Below, in pieces: positions 1-12,560 of a DNA stretch of 64,000 nucleotides; within the stretch, counting starts at the first letter, position 1; each line of letters opens with the position of its first letter. Both the position numbers and the translations under genes were made by a program. A model generated the notes under the pieces. It did no database searches and was not told where the DNA came from. It worked only from the letters and a program-made list of their open reading frames with translations. This DNA is from the human T2T-CHM13v2.0 reference genome, Homo sapiens. The stretch lies in NCBI RefSeq assembly GCF_009914755.1, contig NC_060935.1; one strand, written 5' to 3'.

Positions 1-700
1 AAGAATGAAGAGAAGAAAGACAATAGTCATCACTGGCATCTTAAATTATGGAGCCAAGGGGAGAAACATTTGGGTCACCCTCAGGATCAAACTGCCAGGC
101 CAGAAGCAATTCCACTGAGAGGGCACCAGGAAGCCTTCAATGCATGGAAACCCTGGAGCAAGTAAAAGGCAAAGCATGTGAGTCACAGCTGAATCCCTGG
201 ACAATCACTGAGCTGTGACAAGGTGCAGGGTAGACTCATAACCTAGCACAGAAAAACACATTACTGAGGAAAGGAAAAGAACGTGAATGGGGAATTTTGA
301 GACTTAGCTCTTCACAGAAAAGCATGCTTGGCAATTACAAACTTCTTATATTAAAAAAAATCAGGCAAACCAAAAGTCATTAAAGCATTAAAGATTAAGA
401 CCCACTCACAAGGAATTCACATACTCTGCTTCTTTACAAGGGCAGTCTTGCACCTACACTGACTTGGTGCACCTCCTTACACAGAAGAAATCCACCTTCA
501 TGACTTGAGTATAAAAAAATGCTTTTCTGATGGCCCATACGTTCCCAGATATCTCCACCCCATCATGCTCTTAAAAGCTGAAGCTGACTTAGTGAGAATC
601 CATTTACACTAAACAGTGTAGAGTAAGACAACACAAGCCAAGCCCATGACTGAAGGGAGCCCACAAAGACTGGGCAGCTCCTCCAATGTAACCGAAGATT

Positions 701-1521
701 CAACCAAAGATTCTAACTGCCCTCCAGCCCCAGGGCTACGGAATGGCCCAGGGAAGGCAGCGTGCAGCTCGCAACTAATAATCCAGGTACAACCAGCAGA
801 TCAAAAGCATCCAGTGAGTGGCTCTGCCAAGTCCCTGTCCATAAAAGGTCCATAGCACAATCACTATGTTTTGCTCCATTTTGTAAGCCCAGCTAAAAGG
901 AGAAAAATTCAATCATTTTTCCTAAAGATTGCTGGTTGCGAAAGACCAACTCCTTTTAAGCGTCTATGCACCAAATCTGTAAGATACAGATATTGGGAGA
1001 AGGGGCTCCATACCTGTTCAGAGCAGAGATAAACAGTTGGCATTCACTGGTATAGAGCAATTGTCACAACAGTCATTAGGAAGCTGAACAAATGTTGAGA
1101 AATCCAAATGTATCCATTCAGAATGGTGCAAAATTCCTATAAAGTCCTACATCAGAAAATGAAAGAAAGACATTTGGGTGAAGGTAATCAAAATGTCTGG
1201 CTAACTCTTGCCTTTTCCTGATATATGTTTTCCATAATAGACCCCACTAGCACCTTGATCCTCTACCTTAAAGATGGAAACGGCTTGGCAGAGGTTGTGT
1301 TACTAGGCAAGGTCTTGCTACAATTGAAAGGATGCCACCAGAGATGAAAACCCTACATACATCTCTGCCACCAAAAGAAGACTTTGGAATCAGGCATGAT
1401 GCAACCAAAGATTCTTACTGCCCTCCAGCCCCAGGGCTGCGGAGTGACCCAGGGAAGGCAAGATGCAGCACACAGCTAATAATCCACATGTAACCAGCAC
1501 ACCAAAAGCATCCAGTGAGTG
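701..1521 (+). repeat. Dispersed ~120-bp direct duplication (701-820 and 1402-1521)
   Basis: Manual ungapped alignment gives ~16 mismatches in 120 bp at offset 701. Confidence 0.85.
1014..1146 (-). other. KCNJ1: KCNJ1 (ROMK) alternative non-coding 5'UTR exon (exon 2)
   Basis: Minus-strand acceptor ctttcattttctgatgtag|GAC at 1146 and donor GAACAG|gtatgg at 1014. The 133-nt exon resembles the ROMK 5'UTR as I recall it. Position and orientation fit the known divergent KCNJ1/KCNJ5 arrangement. Confidence 0.65.
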
Positions 1522-1663
1522 AGTTAAAACCATGCTTCTATCTATCCCCCAGGAGTGGACAGACAAGTCTGCCTAGATTTGAGGCGGGGAAAAGAGGTCT
1601 AAATTTTCACAAGAATTAACTTCTTTTTCCTACAAAGAGACAATGAGGTGTTTCTCCTCTTAC

Positions 1664-1787
1664 CTCATGGATTGCTGGAGTAAATGTAGAAACAAAAACT
1701 CATTTTCTTGGTCTCCAAGAAAGCAACCAGATTCTCGATGTGAGCAAGTCCCTGCACCTTTGATGCAAGAGTTTGGATATGCTGGGT
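1664..1787 (-). other. KCNJ1: KCNJ1 (ROMK) first non-coding exon; 5' end approximate
   Basis: Strong minus-strand donor CCATGAG|gtaaga at 1664/1663. Exon text ...CATTTACTCCAGCAATCCATGAG recognised as a ROMK 5'UTR. TATA-like CATAAAA lies ~25-30 nt upstream. The KCNJ1 CDS lies outside the window to the left. Confidence 0.7.
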
Positions 1788-1960
1788 GAGGGTACCCGAG
1801 GCCCTGTTGATTTTATGAGTCTGTGGGCCAGCTCAGACCGGCTGCCAACTCATCTGTATGCAACAGTTCTCAAAGAACATAGTTTACTTTATAACCGGAT
1901 CCAACAAGAGTAGGCGTGGCAGTTAAGTGAGTGAGATACCAAAGGTGTTGAGCTACCAAG
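1788..1960 (-). promoter_or_regulatory. KCNJ1 proximal promoter (CATAAAA box 1811-1817; CP2/TFCP2L1-type CCAG-N6-CCGG 1828-1841)
   Basis: Motifs read directly upstream of the inferred KCNJ1 exon 1 on the - strand. Confidence 0.5.
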
Positions 1961-2299
1961 GCTAACTAAGAAGGATTTGTTTATGGAACCCTGGCTTGGA
2001 ACCAGAAGGCCGGTATGCTCATGTCGATGTGTCTAAGTCAAAGGCATGAAGTTGAACACGTGCGCACATGAGGCTGGATGTTACAGGGCAGGGAAGTAGG
2101 GGTCCCCAAGGAGCCCCTCACAAATGTCTCCTGTCCTGTGAATCACTCAGTGGCCCTAGAACAGCAGTCCCCAACCTTTTTGGCACCAGGGACCAGTTTC
2201 ATGGGAGACATTTTTTCCATGGACCAGGGAGGTGGTGGGGGAGGATGGTTTCGAGATGATTCAAACACATGACATTTATTGTGAACTTTATTTCTACTG

Positions 2300-5200
2300 T
2301 GTTTACTTATAATAATTACTTTACTTCTATTATATTCTATTATATTCCTTATTTCATTATATATTATATTCTAATATATAATGAAATAATATTCTATTAC
2401 ATTATATAATATTCTATTCTATTCTATAATATTATAGAATGAAATAATGAATATGGGATGAAATAATGAAATATTCTATTCTATTATAGAAGGAAATAAT
2501 ATTCTATTCTATTCTATGAAATAATATTCTATTATATTCCTTATTTCATTATGTATTATATTCTAATATATAATATAATATATTATTATGTAATGTAATA
2601 TAATATATTATTATGTAATGTAATATAATATATTATTATATAACATAATATAATATAATATAATATATTATATAACAAAAATAATATAATATAATATATT
2701 ATTATATAACATAATATAATGTAATATATTATTATATAACATAATATAATACAATATAATATATTATTATATAACATAATATAATATAATATAATATAGT
2801 ATATTATAATATAATATAGTATAATATAATATGATATATTATTATATAATATAATATAATATGTAATTATATATTATATTATATTATAATATAATATGTA
2901 ATTATATTATATTATTATAATATAATATGTAATTATATTATATTATGATATATAATTATATTATAATAATATAATATATAATTATATATTATAATATAAT
3001 ATATAATTATATTATATTATTATATTATAATATATCATTATATATTATAATGATATATTATATTATAATATATGATATATTATAATATAATATAAAATGA
3101 TATATTATAATATAATATATAATATTATATTATATTATATAATAAAATATATTATATTATATAATATTATATAATATATTATATTATATAGTATTATATA
3201 ATATATTATATTATATAATATTATATAATATAATATATTATATAATACTATATAATATAATATATTATACATTATATAATTATTATACAATATATTATAT
3301 ATTATATATATTATATATATTATATATGTATATTATAAAATATATTATAATATATTATATAATATATATAATATATTATATGTTATATATTATTATATAT
3401 TGTATATAATATATTATATATTATATATTTTTATATATTATATATTATTATATATAATATATAATATATTATATATTATATATATTATATATAATATATT
3501 GTATATTATATATTTTTATATATTATATATTACTATATCTATTATATATAATATATGATATATTATATATAGTATATTATATATGTTATATATAATATAT
3601 TATATATTATACATATTATAGATAATATATATAATATATTATATATTATAGATAATATATATAATATATTATATATGTTATATAATATATTATATATTAT
3701 ACATATTATAGATAATATATAATATATTATATATTATACATAATATATATAATATATAATATATAATATATAATATATTATATATTATACATATAATATA
3801 TAATATATTATATATTATATATAATATATTATATATAATATGTATAATATATAATATATTATATATATCTATAATATATTATATATAATATATATAATAT
3901 ATTATATATTATATATAATATATTACATATTATATATTATATATAATATATAATATATTATATATAGTATATATAATATATATAATATATTATATATTAT
4001 ATATATTATGTATTATATATATTATATATATTATATATTATATATAGTATATAATTATTATATCTTATATATATTATTATATAATATAATTATATATTTT
4101 ATATAATATAATTATTATATATTATTATTAAAATATATTGTATATTATATGATATCATATAATTTATTATATTATATAATATATAACATATTATATATTA
4201 CATTGTATAATATATAATATATAATATATATTACATTGTATAATATATTATATATAATATATTTTAATAATAATATATAATAATTATATTATATAAAATA
4301 TATAATTATATTATATAATATATATAAGATATAATAATTATATATAATATATAATATATAATATATATTATATAATATATAATATAATATATAATATAAT
4401 ATATATAATATAATATATTATATAATATATATAATATAATATATTATATAATATATATAATATAATATATTATATAATATATATAATATAATATATAGTA
4501 TAATATTGTATAATAAATATATAATATATAATATAATATATTATATTATATTATATTATATATTTTATATTATATAATATATTATATACAATATGTAATA
4601 TATCATTTATAATATATTATATAATAATATATTATATAATATATTATATGATAATATATTATATAATATATTATATGACAATATATTATATAATATATAT
4701 TATATTATATTACATAATATATTATATAATAATATATTACATAATATATTATATAATAATATATTACATAATATATTATATAATAATATATTACATAATA
4801 TATTATATAATAATATATTACATAATGTATTATATAATAATATATTACATAATGTATTATATAATAATATATTATATTATATTACATAATGTATTATATA
4901 ATATATTATATTATATTACATAATATATTATGTTATATATTATATTATATTACATAATATATATTATATTATATATTAGAATATAATACATAATGAAATA
5001 AGGAATATAATAGAATTATATATTATGTATTATATTCTAATATATTATATAACATATATTATGTATTATATTCTAATATACTATATAACATATATTCTGT
5101 ATTATATTCTAATATATTATATAACATATATTCTGTATTATATTCTAATATATTATATAACATATATTCTGTATTATATTCTAATATATAATATATATTC

Positions 5201-5645
5201 TGTATTATATTCTAATATATAATATATATTCTGTATTATATTCTAATATATAATATATATTATGTATTATATTCTAATATATAATATATATTATGTATTA
5301 TATTCTAATATATTATATAACATATATTACGTATTATATTCTAATATGTTATATAATATATATTACGTATTATATTCTAATATATTATATAACATATATT
5401 ACGTATTATATTCTAATATATTATATAACATATATTACGTATTATATTCTAATATATTATATAACATATATTACGTATTATATTCTAATATATTATATAA
5501 CATATATTACGTATTATATTCTAATATATTATATAACATATATTACGCATTATATTCTAATATATTATATAACATATATTACGTATTATATTCTAATATA
5601 TTATATAATATATATTATGTATTATATTCTAATATATAATGAAAT
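2300..5645. repeat. ~3.35-kb AT-rich low-complexity/VNTR array with internal inverted repeats
   Basis: Nearly pure A/T with TA, TAT and ATATT motifs. Exact 56-bp inverted repeat 2526-2581 / 4961-5016. Confidence 0.95.
5025..5640 (+). repeat. 36-bp minisatellite (ACGTATTATATTCTAATATATTATATAACATATATT) with shorter variant units
   Basis: ACGT recurs at 5401, 5437, 5473 and onward. The ORF track shows 12-aa periodicity (YYILIYYITYIT). Confidence 0.9.
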
Positions 5646-6725
5646 AATTATACAACACCACCATAATGTCGAATCAGTGGGAGCCCTGAGCTTGTTTTCT
5701 TGCAACTAGACAGTCCCATCTGGGGGTGATGGGAGACAGTGACAGATCATCAGGCGTTAGATTCTCATAAGGAGCGCACAGCCTAGATCCCTCGAATGCG
5801 CAGTTCACAAAAGGGTTCAGGATCCTGTGAGAATGTAATGCCGCTGCTGATCTGACAGGAAGCGGAGCTCAGGCAGTAATGTGAGCCATAGGGAGTGGTC
5901 AAAATACAAATGAAGCTTTGCTCACCTACCACTCACCTCCTTCTGTGCAGCCTGGTTCCTAGCAGGCCACAGACCAGGTGTGGGGACTCCTGCCCTAGAA
6001 GGTCAGGCTGACCTGACTTTCTCTTGGCCATTCACCAGCCACCCTGGTCCCGGGGCAATGCAGAACTTTACATCACAGACTTTGCACTTCAGTGGTGGGG
6101 TTGAGACCCTGCTCTACCAACTGCAAGTTACCTAGCTTCTCACCTCAGAAGTCTACAGTGGGAAGCTCAAGAGATAGCATATGTAATACACTTGTCATTG
6201 AATGAACAGGGTTGAAATCCAACCTACTCCGAGTGTCAGCCTTCTGTCTTCCTCCTCAGCCCACCCCCTAGGGCCATCTCCCACTAGGAGACTGAGGGAG
6301 AGGAGTCCTTACCCCACACCCCTCCTGAGTTGCTCTCTTCCCACTGTTCCTCACACTTCACAGCTGGTAATCACTTGAAGCATTGATTGGGTTCGCAAGA
6401 AGCAAGAGTGGGTGACTGTGGGCTGGCCACATGCCCCTTCACTGCCTGTCCCCTCCTCCACTCAACACCACACAAGATTGTAGGAGGGATCAACCTCAGC
6501 TCAAGAGTCAAAGAGATGAGAAGCATCAGAGCAGCAGCGTAGCTTGGAGACCATACACCAGGTTCCTGACACCAGTCCCCGGGGCAGGACAGCTGAGTCT
6601 CCATGATGCTCAGAGAAGGGATAAAATGGAAACAGATGCAAAATTTCACGGAAAAGGCACTTTTGCTTTCAAACATTTATAAGCATAACCAGTCATTACA
6701 GATAAGGAAAAAGAACATAGTAGGT

Positions 6726-7087
6726 TGCTATGGTCTGAATGTGTCTCACAAAATTTATATATTGAAACATAATCCCCATGAGATAGTTTTAAGAGGCAGG
6801 GCCTTTAGGAGGTGATTAAGTCATCAGGTAGAGCCCTTCCAGATGGGGTTAGGGCCCTTATCAAAGGGCTCGAGGGAGGAGGTTCATTCTCTTCTGCTGT
6901 GAGGACACAGTGTTTGTCCTCTTTCTGCCCGTCTGCCTTCCACCATGTGATGCAGTGGTCAAGGCCTCAGCAGACATCAAACCTGCCTGTGCCTTGGTCT
7001 TGGACTTCCAGCCTCCATAACTCTCTGTGGTTTATAAATTACCCAGCCTCAGATATTTTGTTACAGCAGCCCAGACAGAACAAGACA
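6726..7087 (+). mobile_element. MaLR solo LTR (MST/MLT1A-like)
   Basis: TGCTATGGTCTGAATGTG start and ...ATAAATTACCCAGCCTCAG...ACAAGACA end. Flanked by near-TSD taggt/caggt. Confidence 0.8.
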
Positions 7088-7439
7088 CAGGTGTAAGTGA
7101 AGCCACTTGCAGAAGGGTTCCCATGCGAAGTGAGGTGGGAGGAGACCCACACTAAGGAGCTACAACATGGTGGGGGAAAGAGCAACAGGCGGGGAGTCCA
7201 CGCTCCTGCTAAATCTGGCCTTCTCCCTTCACAGGTGGCCTCCTGTGGTCACGCCTGTCCCTGCTGCTGCTTGCCGTCCTTGGGTTCACCCCCTCTGTCC
7301 ACAGGCCCTCCCTTCTGCACCCCTCACTGCGTGGCCCTCTACCTACCTTTGCAGGCCTCCCAATCCCCCCAGTGGGATATTCCCAAGCCTCAGGTTCACC
7401 CAACCCTACCCCTGAGCAGGCCTGGGTGTGGAGGCCAGG

Positions 7440-7814
7440 AGAACACGCCCTGCAGCCCAACGAAACGCAGGGAGAGGAAGTGTCCAAGGCCAAAGGGGCT
7501 GCACTCTGAAGGGACTGAGCACAGGAGGACATGAAGGGAGGCAGTCCCCGGGAGAGGTGGGCTCCTCCAAGGGTGCCTTTGGCTGGAGCACTCTTGCACG
7601 GCCGTGGAATCTTCCTTAGACTCCATGGCAGTCTAGGATGCATCCTCCCAACCTGCTCTCCCTCCTCCCCTCAGGGTCTGCCCTGAGTCCTGGTCTGAAA
7701 ACTCCTCAGACAGGCTCCCTCTGACTTTCCTCACCTGGGCATCTCCTCCAACAAAATCTTGGCATTTTTAATCCCCTCTTGGCATCTGCTTCTCAGAGGC
7801 CCTGGACTGGTGCA
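7440..7814 (+). mobile_element. ERVL LTR16-like fragment
   Basis: 3' motif ...caaaatcttggcattttaatcccctcttggcatctgcttctcagaggccctggact resembles the LTR16-family 3' end. Boundaries approximate. Confidence 0.4.
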
Positions 7815-9629
7815 TGAGGCTCTTCAGATGGGATGTGAACTGTCAGAGAGCTTGGCAGGAGGCCCTTTGGAGTCCCACAGAACAACTCAGGAAAGGGGGC
7901 TTCCCTGACCCAATGTCCAGCGTGGAGGCCCTAGGGGGCAGGCATTCTGAGCCTCCCCACCTGTGTGGGCTGAAGGCGTGTCTTTGACTCTTGTGATCCA
8001 GCAGACAGCTGTGGAAATACAAACACATACAGAGAAACATGTGTCTCCCCCAGGTAAGCATTCATCCTCACAGAATAAACCCCAAACAGGGAGAAGTGTT
8101 TTTTAACTACCTCATTCATTTGCAAGGCAGGTACCTTTTGCACAATGGAGCCAGAATGTCTCATTATTATGCAGACCAGGGAGTTATCTTACCTTCATCC
8201 CCCACTCCTTGCCCCCAATCTTCAAAACTGGGCCCTTTTGGACCTGCTGGGAATGAGAAAGAGGACTGTTGCTAAGCAACAGGGAGGGCAGGGGATGCAT
8301 TCTCCCTGTTCCACAAATCCTAGTCTTAAAGCACAAATGATAGCGTTTGCCCTGATGGAATCCTACACCTTCCAGTACCCCAGCGGGATGCACTCTCAGT
8401 CCTTCCGCCTTACCACTGTCTTCACGGAGAAATTCCGTTCCTGCTGTGGCGCCTGGCAACTGCTTCACTACCTCTGTAGCCATGAGACAGCCTGAGTCCT
8501 CCATGGTGGGATTGTGTGTGACAATGAGAAGACAGCCCAACTCCTCTTTCCCTGATGCAGTCCGGCCCCTCTGTGCTGTGTAGCCTCACCAGGTTCCCAA
8601 CACTGATGAGGTTACACGCCCAGCATTTACTCCTCAGACTGGACCTGGAGCATCCCGCCGCTGGACCTGAGTGAAGACCAGAGTCAACAGACGGTTTTCT
8701 CTTTCTCTTAAAGAAGTTTGGAACATTTGAAACATATTATCCTATTCATGACTAATATTCCAACAGGAGCCATTCAGATAAACAAAAAGCCTTTCCAGGT
8801 GCTTGTCTGATTTAGAGGAAGGCAGCACATTCCCATTCACACAACAGAGGGGCCAGGTGCCTCTGAAAGAAGAGCTGATGTGTGGGGCTGAAAACAGGAT
8901 CACTGGTTGAAAGTGCCTATAGGAAACAGACTCCCCAGCCTAGGGTTTGAGGTTGACTCTGGAGAAACCCAGGAAGGGTGTGGATTTGGGTTCTGCATTA
9001 CTTAGGGTGGGGGGCGAGGCGTGTCCTGGAGAGAGGGGGTTGTGTGAAAATCTGCATACAGGGTGACTGACCCATGACTCCCTTCCTCTACTCAGCACCC
9101 AGGTGCCTCATCCCAGCCGTGTAGGACTCTAGGGAAATCCAATGGGCTGAGAGGAAAGACCTCCTAGTACTGATGCCTGAGTGTTCCTCCACCTGGCAGG
9201 ACCAAATGCAGCCCTCTCCCTCACAGCTTCCGATGAGCTGACTAGTGGCGCTTTCTTAAATGACGGGCAGCCAAGGGTAATCAGACATTTGAGGAAAGGC
9301 TTTAACATGAAAAAGAAAGGTCAAGGCAAACAGAGAAAGGAAACCTGGAGTAAGTAGAGGCCTAGCAGGGGGCAAAATAAATGTCTAAAACCCTTACCTA
9401 CCTTCAGAGAGAAAAGACGATATTATAGATGTCAAACAAGACGCTAGAAAAAAAGACTCCAAGAACAAGAAAGAGCACTTGGAAATTTAAATATTAGAGC
9501 AGATAAAATGATCTGAAAACAAAGCTAAGAAAATCTCCCAATAGTTTTTGTTAAGGAACAATAATAGGAGAGAAAAGATAAGGAAAGGATAGAATCCATG
9601 CAGGAGAGTCAGCAATCACAGGATGATAG

Positions 9630-10005
9630 GAGGTGGCAGCCATGAGAATGTACCTGGCCAACTTGCAGCTGCAGCTGCTGAGGCCCTCCACAGCCTCTGC
9701 TCCAAGCACACAGTCTGTGGGCTGCTCCTAGTCACTGAGTGAGGCAGAGCACCAAGGCAGGCCAGTTCTTGGAAGAGGTAGGCTCTCTGATGGGGCTTCA
9801 GCTCCGTGACAGCTGTCCCCTACGAGGTGCACCCTCCAACCCTCCCTCCCTCTCTCTTTCGCAGGGGTCAGACTTGCTGCCCCAGCCCCCAGCCTCCCTT
9901 AGATTCCTCCCCACACTCTCTCACCACCATCTCCCTTAACAAAATCCTCTCATGTTTCATCCTGTCCTGGCATCTCCTTCCTGGAGGACCCAGACTAATA
10001 CTACA
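9630..10005 (+). mobile_element. ERVL LTR16-like solo LTR
   Basis: ggccagttcttgg... and ...aaaatcctctcatgtttcatcctgtcctggcatctccttcctggaggacccagactaata are typical of LTR16. Confidence 0.5.
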
Positions 10006-10985
10006 AGTTCCAGAAAGAAAGAACTGAAAAAATAGAGGGGATAAATTACGGAAGAATGATATATATACATTTTTTAGTTTCTCAGAATGAAAGGCCACAA
10101 GATTCCAAATTCAAAGAGCCCACTAAGAACCCCAAACAAAAAATGTAAACCACATCAAGGCAATCTCATGAAACTTCAAAACATTGGAGATAAAGCAAGA
10201 GAAATATACTGCACATCAATGATTATGAACAATTGTTCACCAAAAGGGCACTTGAATCCCCAAAGCCACACAGGATGCTACGAAAAACAGTGGAGTATTT
10301 TCAAATTGAAATGTTGAGGGAAAATAATTCTATACCTAGCCTAACCCTCAATTAAATGTGCAGGTGGAATAAAGACCATTTCAGATACACAAGGTTCAAA
10401 TTACCTCTTCCAGACCATTTCCTAGGACATGACTAGAAGATGCAGCCACCAAAGAAAGGGAAGAATCCCAGATAATGGGACACAGGAAATCCCAGACACA
10501 GGGGCTCCTGCACGGGCAAGAAGCAAAGAGTCTTGCCTGGGTGATGGTGAAGGACCACCCTGCAGGACATCTGCCCAGCTGGCCCTGAGAATAGCCAGCA
10601 CCGAGGGGTGGCCACCTCTCAGGGAAATGGGACAGACTGAGTTGCCCACATGTGTTAAGAGGGTGTTTATGGTTCTGAAGGGGATTTTCAGGATGAATCA
10701 GTGATAGACATATAGAGAACTATGTAAATAAGAAAAGGAGAACATTGTTAACTCCACTAAATGCAAGCAACTATAAAGGAGAGAAAATGTACTTATAATA
10801 CCCTAACTTGGTTGAGCTGTGAACAATATTAGAGTTATCAGAATGCAACATTGAGTATTGATCTAATAAAATTTCTGATCTAGCTACATGGGAGTGTGGA
10901 GAGGAATATAGAGGGGATAATGTGAACAAGAGCCTTTTTAAACATTATATGTAGATTACTTTAACAAAAATAAATTTTAAAGGCA
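10006..10985 (+). mobile_element. Old HAL1/L1-ORF1-like LINE fragment
   Basis: A-rich degenerate ORF1-like sequence (aaacttcaaaacattggagataaag; gaataaagaccatttcagatacacaagg; ggtgatggtgaagg). Similar sequence at ~9250-9620 suggests the LTR interrupts it. Confidence 0.5.
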
Positions 10986-12199
10986 CAGTCCCTTTTATCT
11001 TTGAATAATTTACAATGAAATGGGGCAAGACGAAGCAAACGCCCTGATGGTGGATCTCTATGCCTTGCCCTGACCATGGGTCTCCATGCCATTCAGAAGG
11101 AGCATCTGATTTGCCCTGAACCACAGTTGCTCACCTGAACCACAGCTCCTGGAGCCCTGGGAGTGGTAGCCATCCCCCCACACCCCAACACACCCCAAGT
11201 AAGAATGGCACAGTAACTAGCACTGAGTGACTCAGGGGTATCTTCTCCCAGCATCCACTTTTGGGTAGGGGGAAAGGGATGAATCCTCTGCGTACAACTG
11301 TCACCATCATCTGCATTTTGGCATCTCCCCCTATTTTCTCCCACAAGCCCCTCTAAAAATTTCGCTGAGGGCAGAGAACTTTTTTCAGAAATGCAGCTCC
11401 AAGACTAATGCTCATAGTTGGACGGTGTGGTTGTGATTTTTTTCTGGTGGATAGTATTTCCTCTCCTTGACTCCAGCTCCAAGGGAGGGGTGGTCTTGTT
11501 TAGTGATGTGGAAAACATGCTTGGCAGCTGCAAGAGTCAGACAGGAAGAGCCAAGCAGTGTCCACTGGCGAGTCTCATTGATACATGACTTCATCACCAC
11601 AGCCTCATGGGTTTTGCAAAACTAGCTCACTGACATGTATTCAAACACAATGAGACTGAGTTGCATCTTTGCTTCATGTAGCCACAAATCTACAAGCTGT
11701 TTCCCATCCATACATAAGGCATCCCAGGCCACTGCTCTCTACAGATTCTGACCTGTGAATGCCCTTCTTTGATTGAGGAAGGGCAGCCATGCAGATGACA
11801 CCACTGGTAGCAAGGCACATCACCTAACAGGCCCTCCAGCTCCTAAATGGAACAGGACAGAGGGACTCTGCTGGAAGAGGCTCTTCTACCTTTGAGGCCT
11901 CATTTTCTTGAAAGCTCCTGTCTGGTGAAAGAGTGATGGTAAAATCCAAATGTGTTTGTGACAGAGGAGAACTGGATAATCCACTGAGATGACAAGAAGG
12001 AAAGAACATTGCTATATATTCTCACAAGGGAAAGGTTTTGAGAAAGCCACATGCAAGAGATAAAAATGCTTTCCCTCTGAAACCTTGCCTGCCACTGCAG
12101 ATGAAAGCATCTCACTCAGTGAGAAATTCCAGGTTGAAGACCTTTTTTTGAAAAAGAAATCGAATTGAATGCAGGGAAAATTTGGATGATTCCATTTAA

Positions 12200-12560
12200 T
12201 TCATCCAAAGCTTTTTGAGGGCCTTACTAAATAAAAGGCAGCATGCTAGGCACTTTAGGAGTTGCAACGATAAACAAAACATGGCTCTTGCCCTTTAAGA
12301 GTTGAATCTCTTATAGAAGAGAAGACAGTCACAAACATAATAAGGCACAAATGCATAGGAAGGGTTATGAATATACAGAAGTTCTGTCCAGCTGGGAAAA
12401 TTGGAGAAGCTTCACAGAGAAGGTGCTGTTGGACTGGACACTATAGAAAGATTAAAATTACAGCAGGTGGTCATGGAAGGTGGGGAGTAGAGGAAGGAGA
12501 AGCAGCATGGAGGCCAGAGAGTAAAGGGGAGAAAGCCGGGCTTAAAAGAAGATGTGCTGG
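12200..12560 (-). mobile_element. L2 LINE 3' fragment
   Basis: cattt...tttttgagggccttacta...ggcagcatgctaggcact...atggctcttgcccttta is a typical antisense L2 3' end. Confidence 0.5.

Larger units (their letters stand above)
2162..5992 (+). mobile_element. MER1A (hAT-Charlie non-autonomous DNA transposon) with hugely expanded AT-rich interior
   Basis: Starts CAGCAGTCCCCAACCTTTTTGGCACCAGGGACC and ends GGGGACTCCTG. Perfect 8-bp TSD CCCTAGAA at 2154-2161 and 5993-6000. MER1A-like sequence resumes at ~5630 (ATATAATGAAATAATTATACAAC...GAATCAGTGGGAGCCCTGAG). Confidence 0.9.

Noticed and set aside
5025-5640. Regular 36-bp repeats reminiscent of a CRISPR array
   Set aside because: Units are head-to-tail with no unique spacers, the context is eukaryotic, and there are no cas genes.
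2586-5709. Tyr/Ile-rich ORFs (63-138 aa) in the AT array
   Set aside because: Translations of low-complexity tandem repeats, with no coding signature.
6300-6480. Minus-strand donor-like GGG|gtaagg near 6312, a possible further upstream KCNJ1 exon
   Set aside because: No supporting promoter or acceptor evidence; isolated donor motifs are common.
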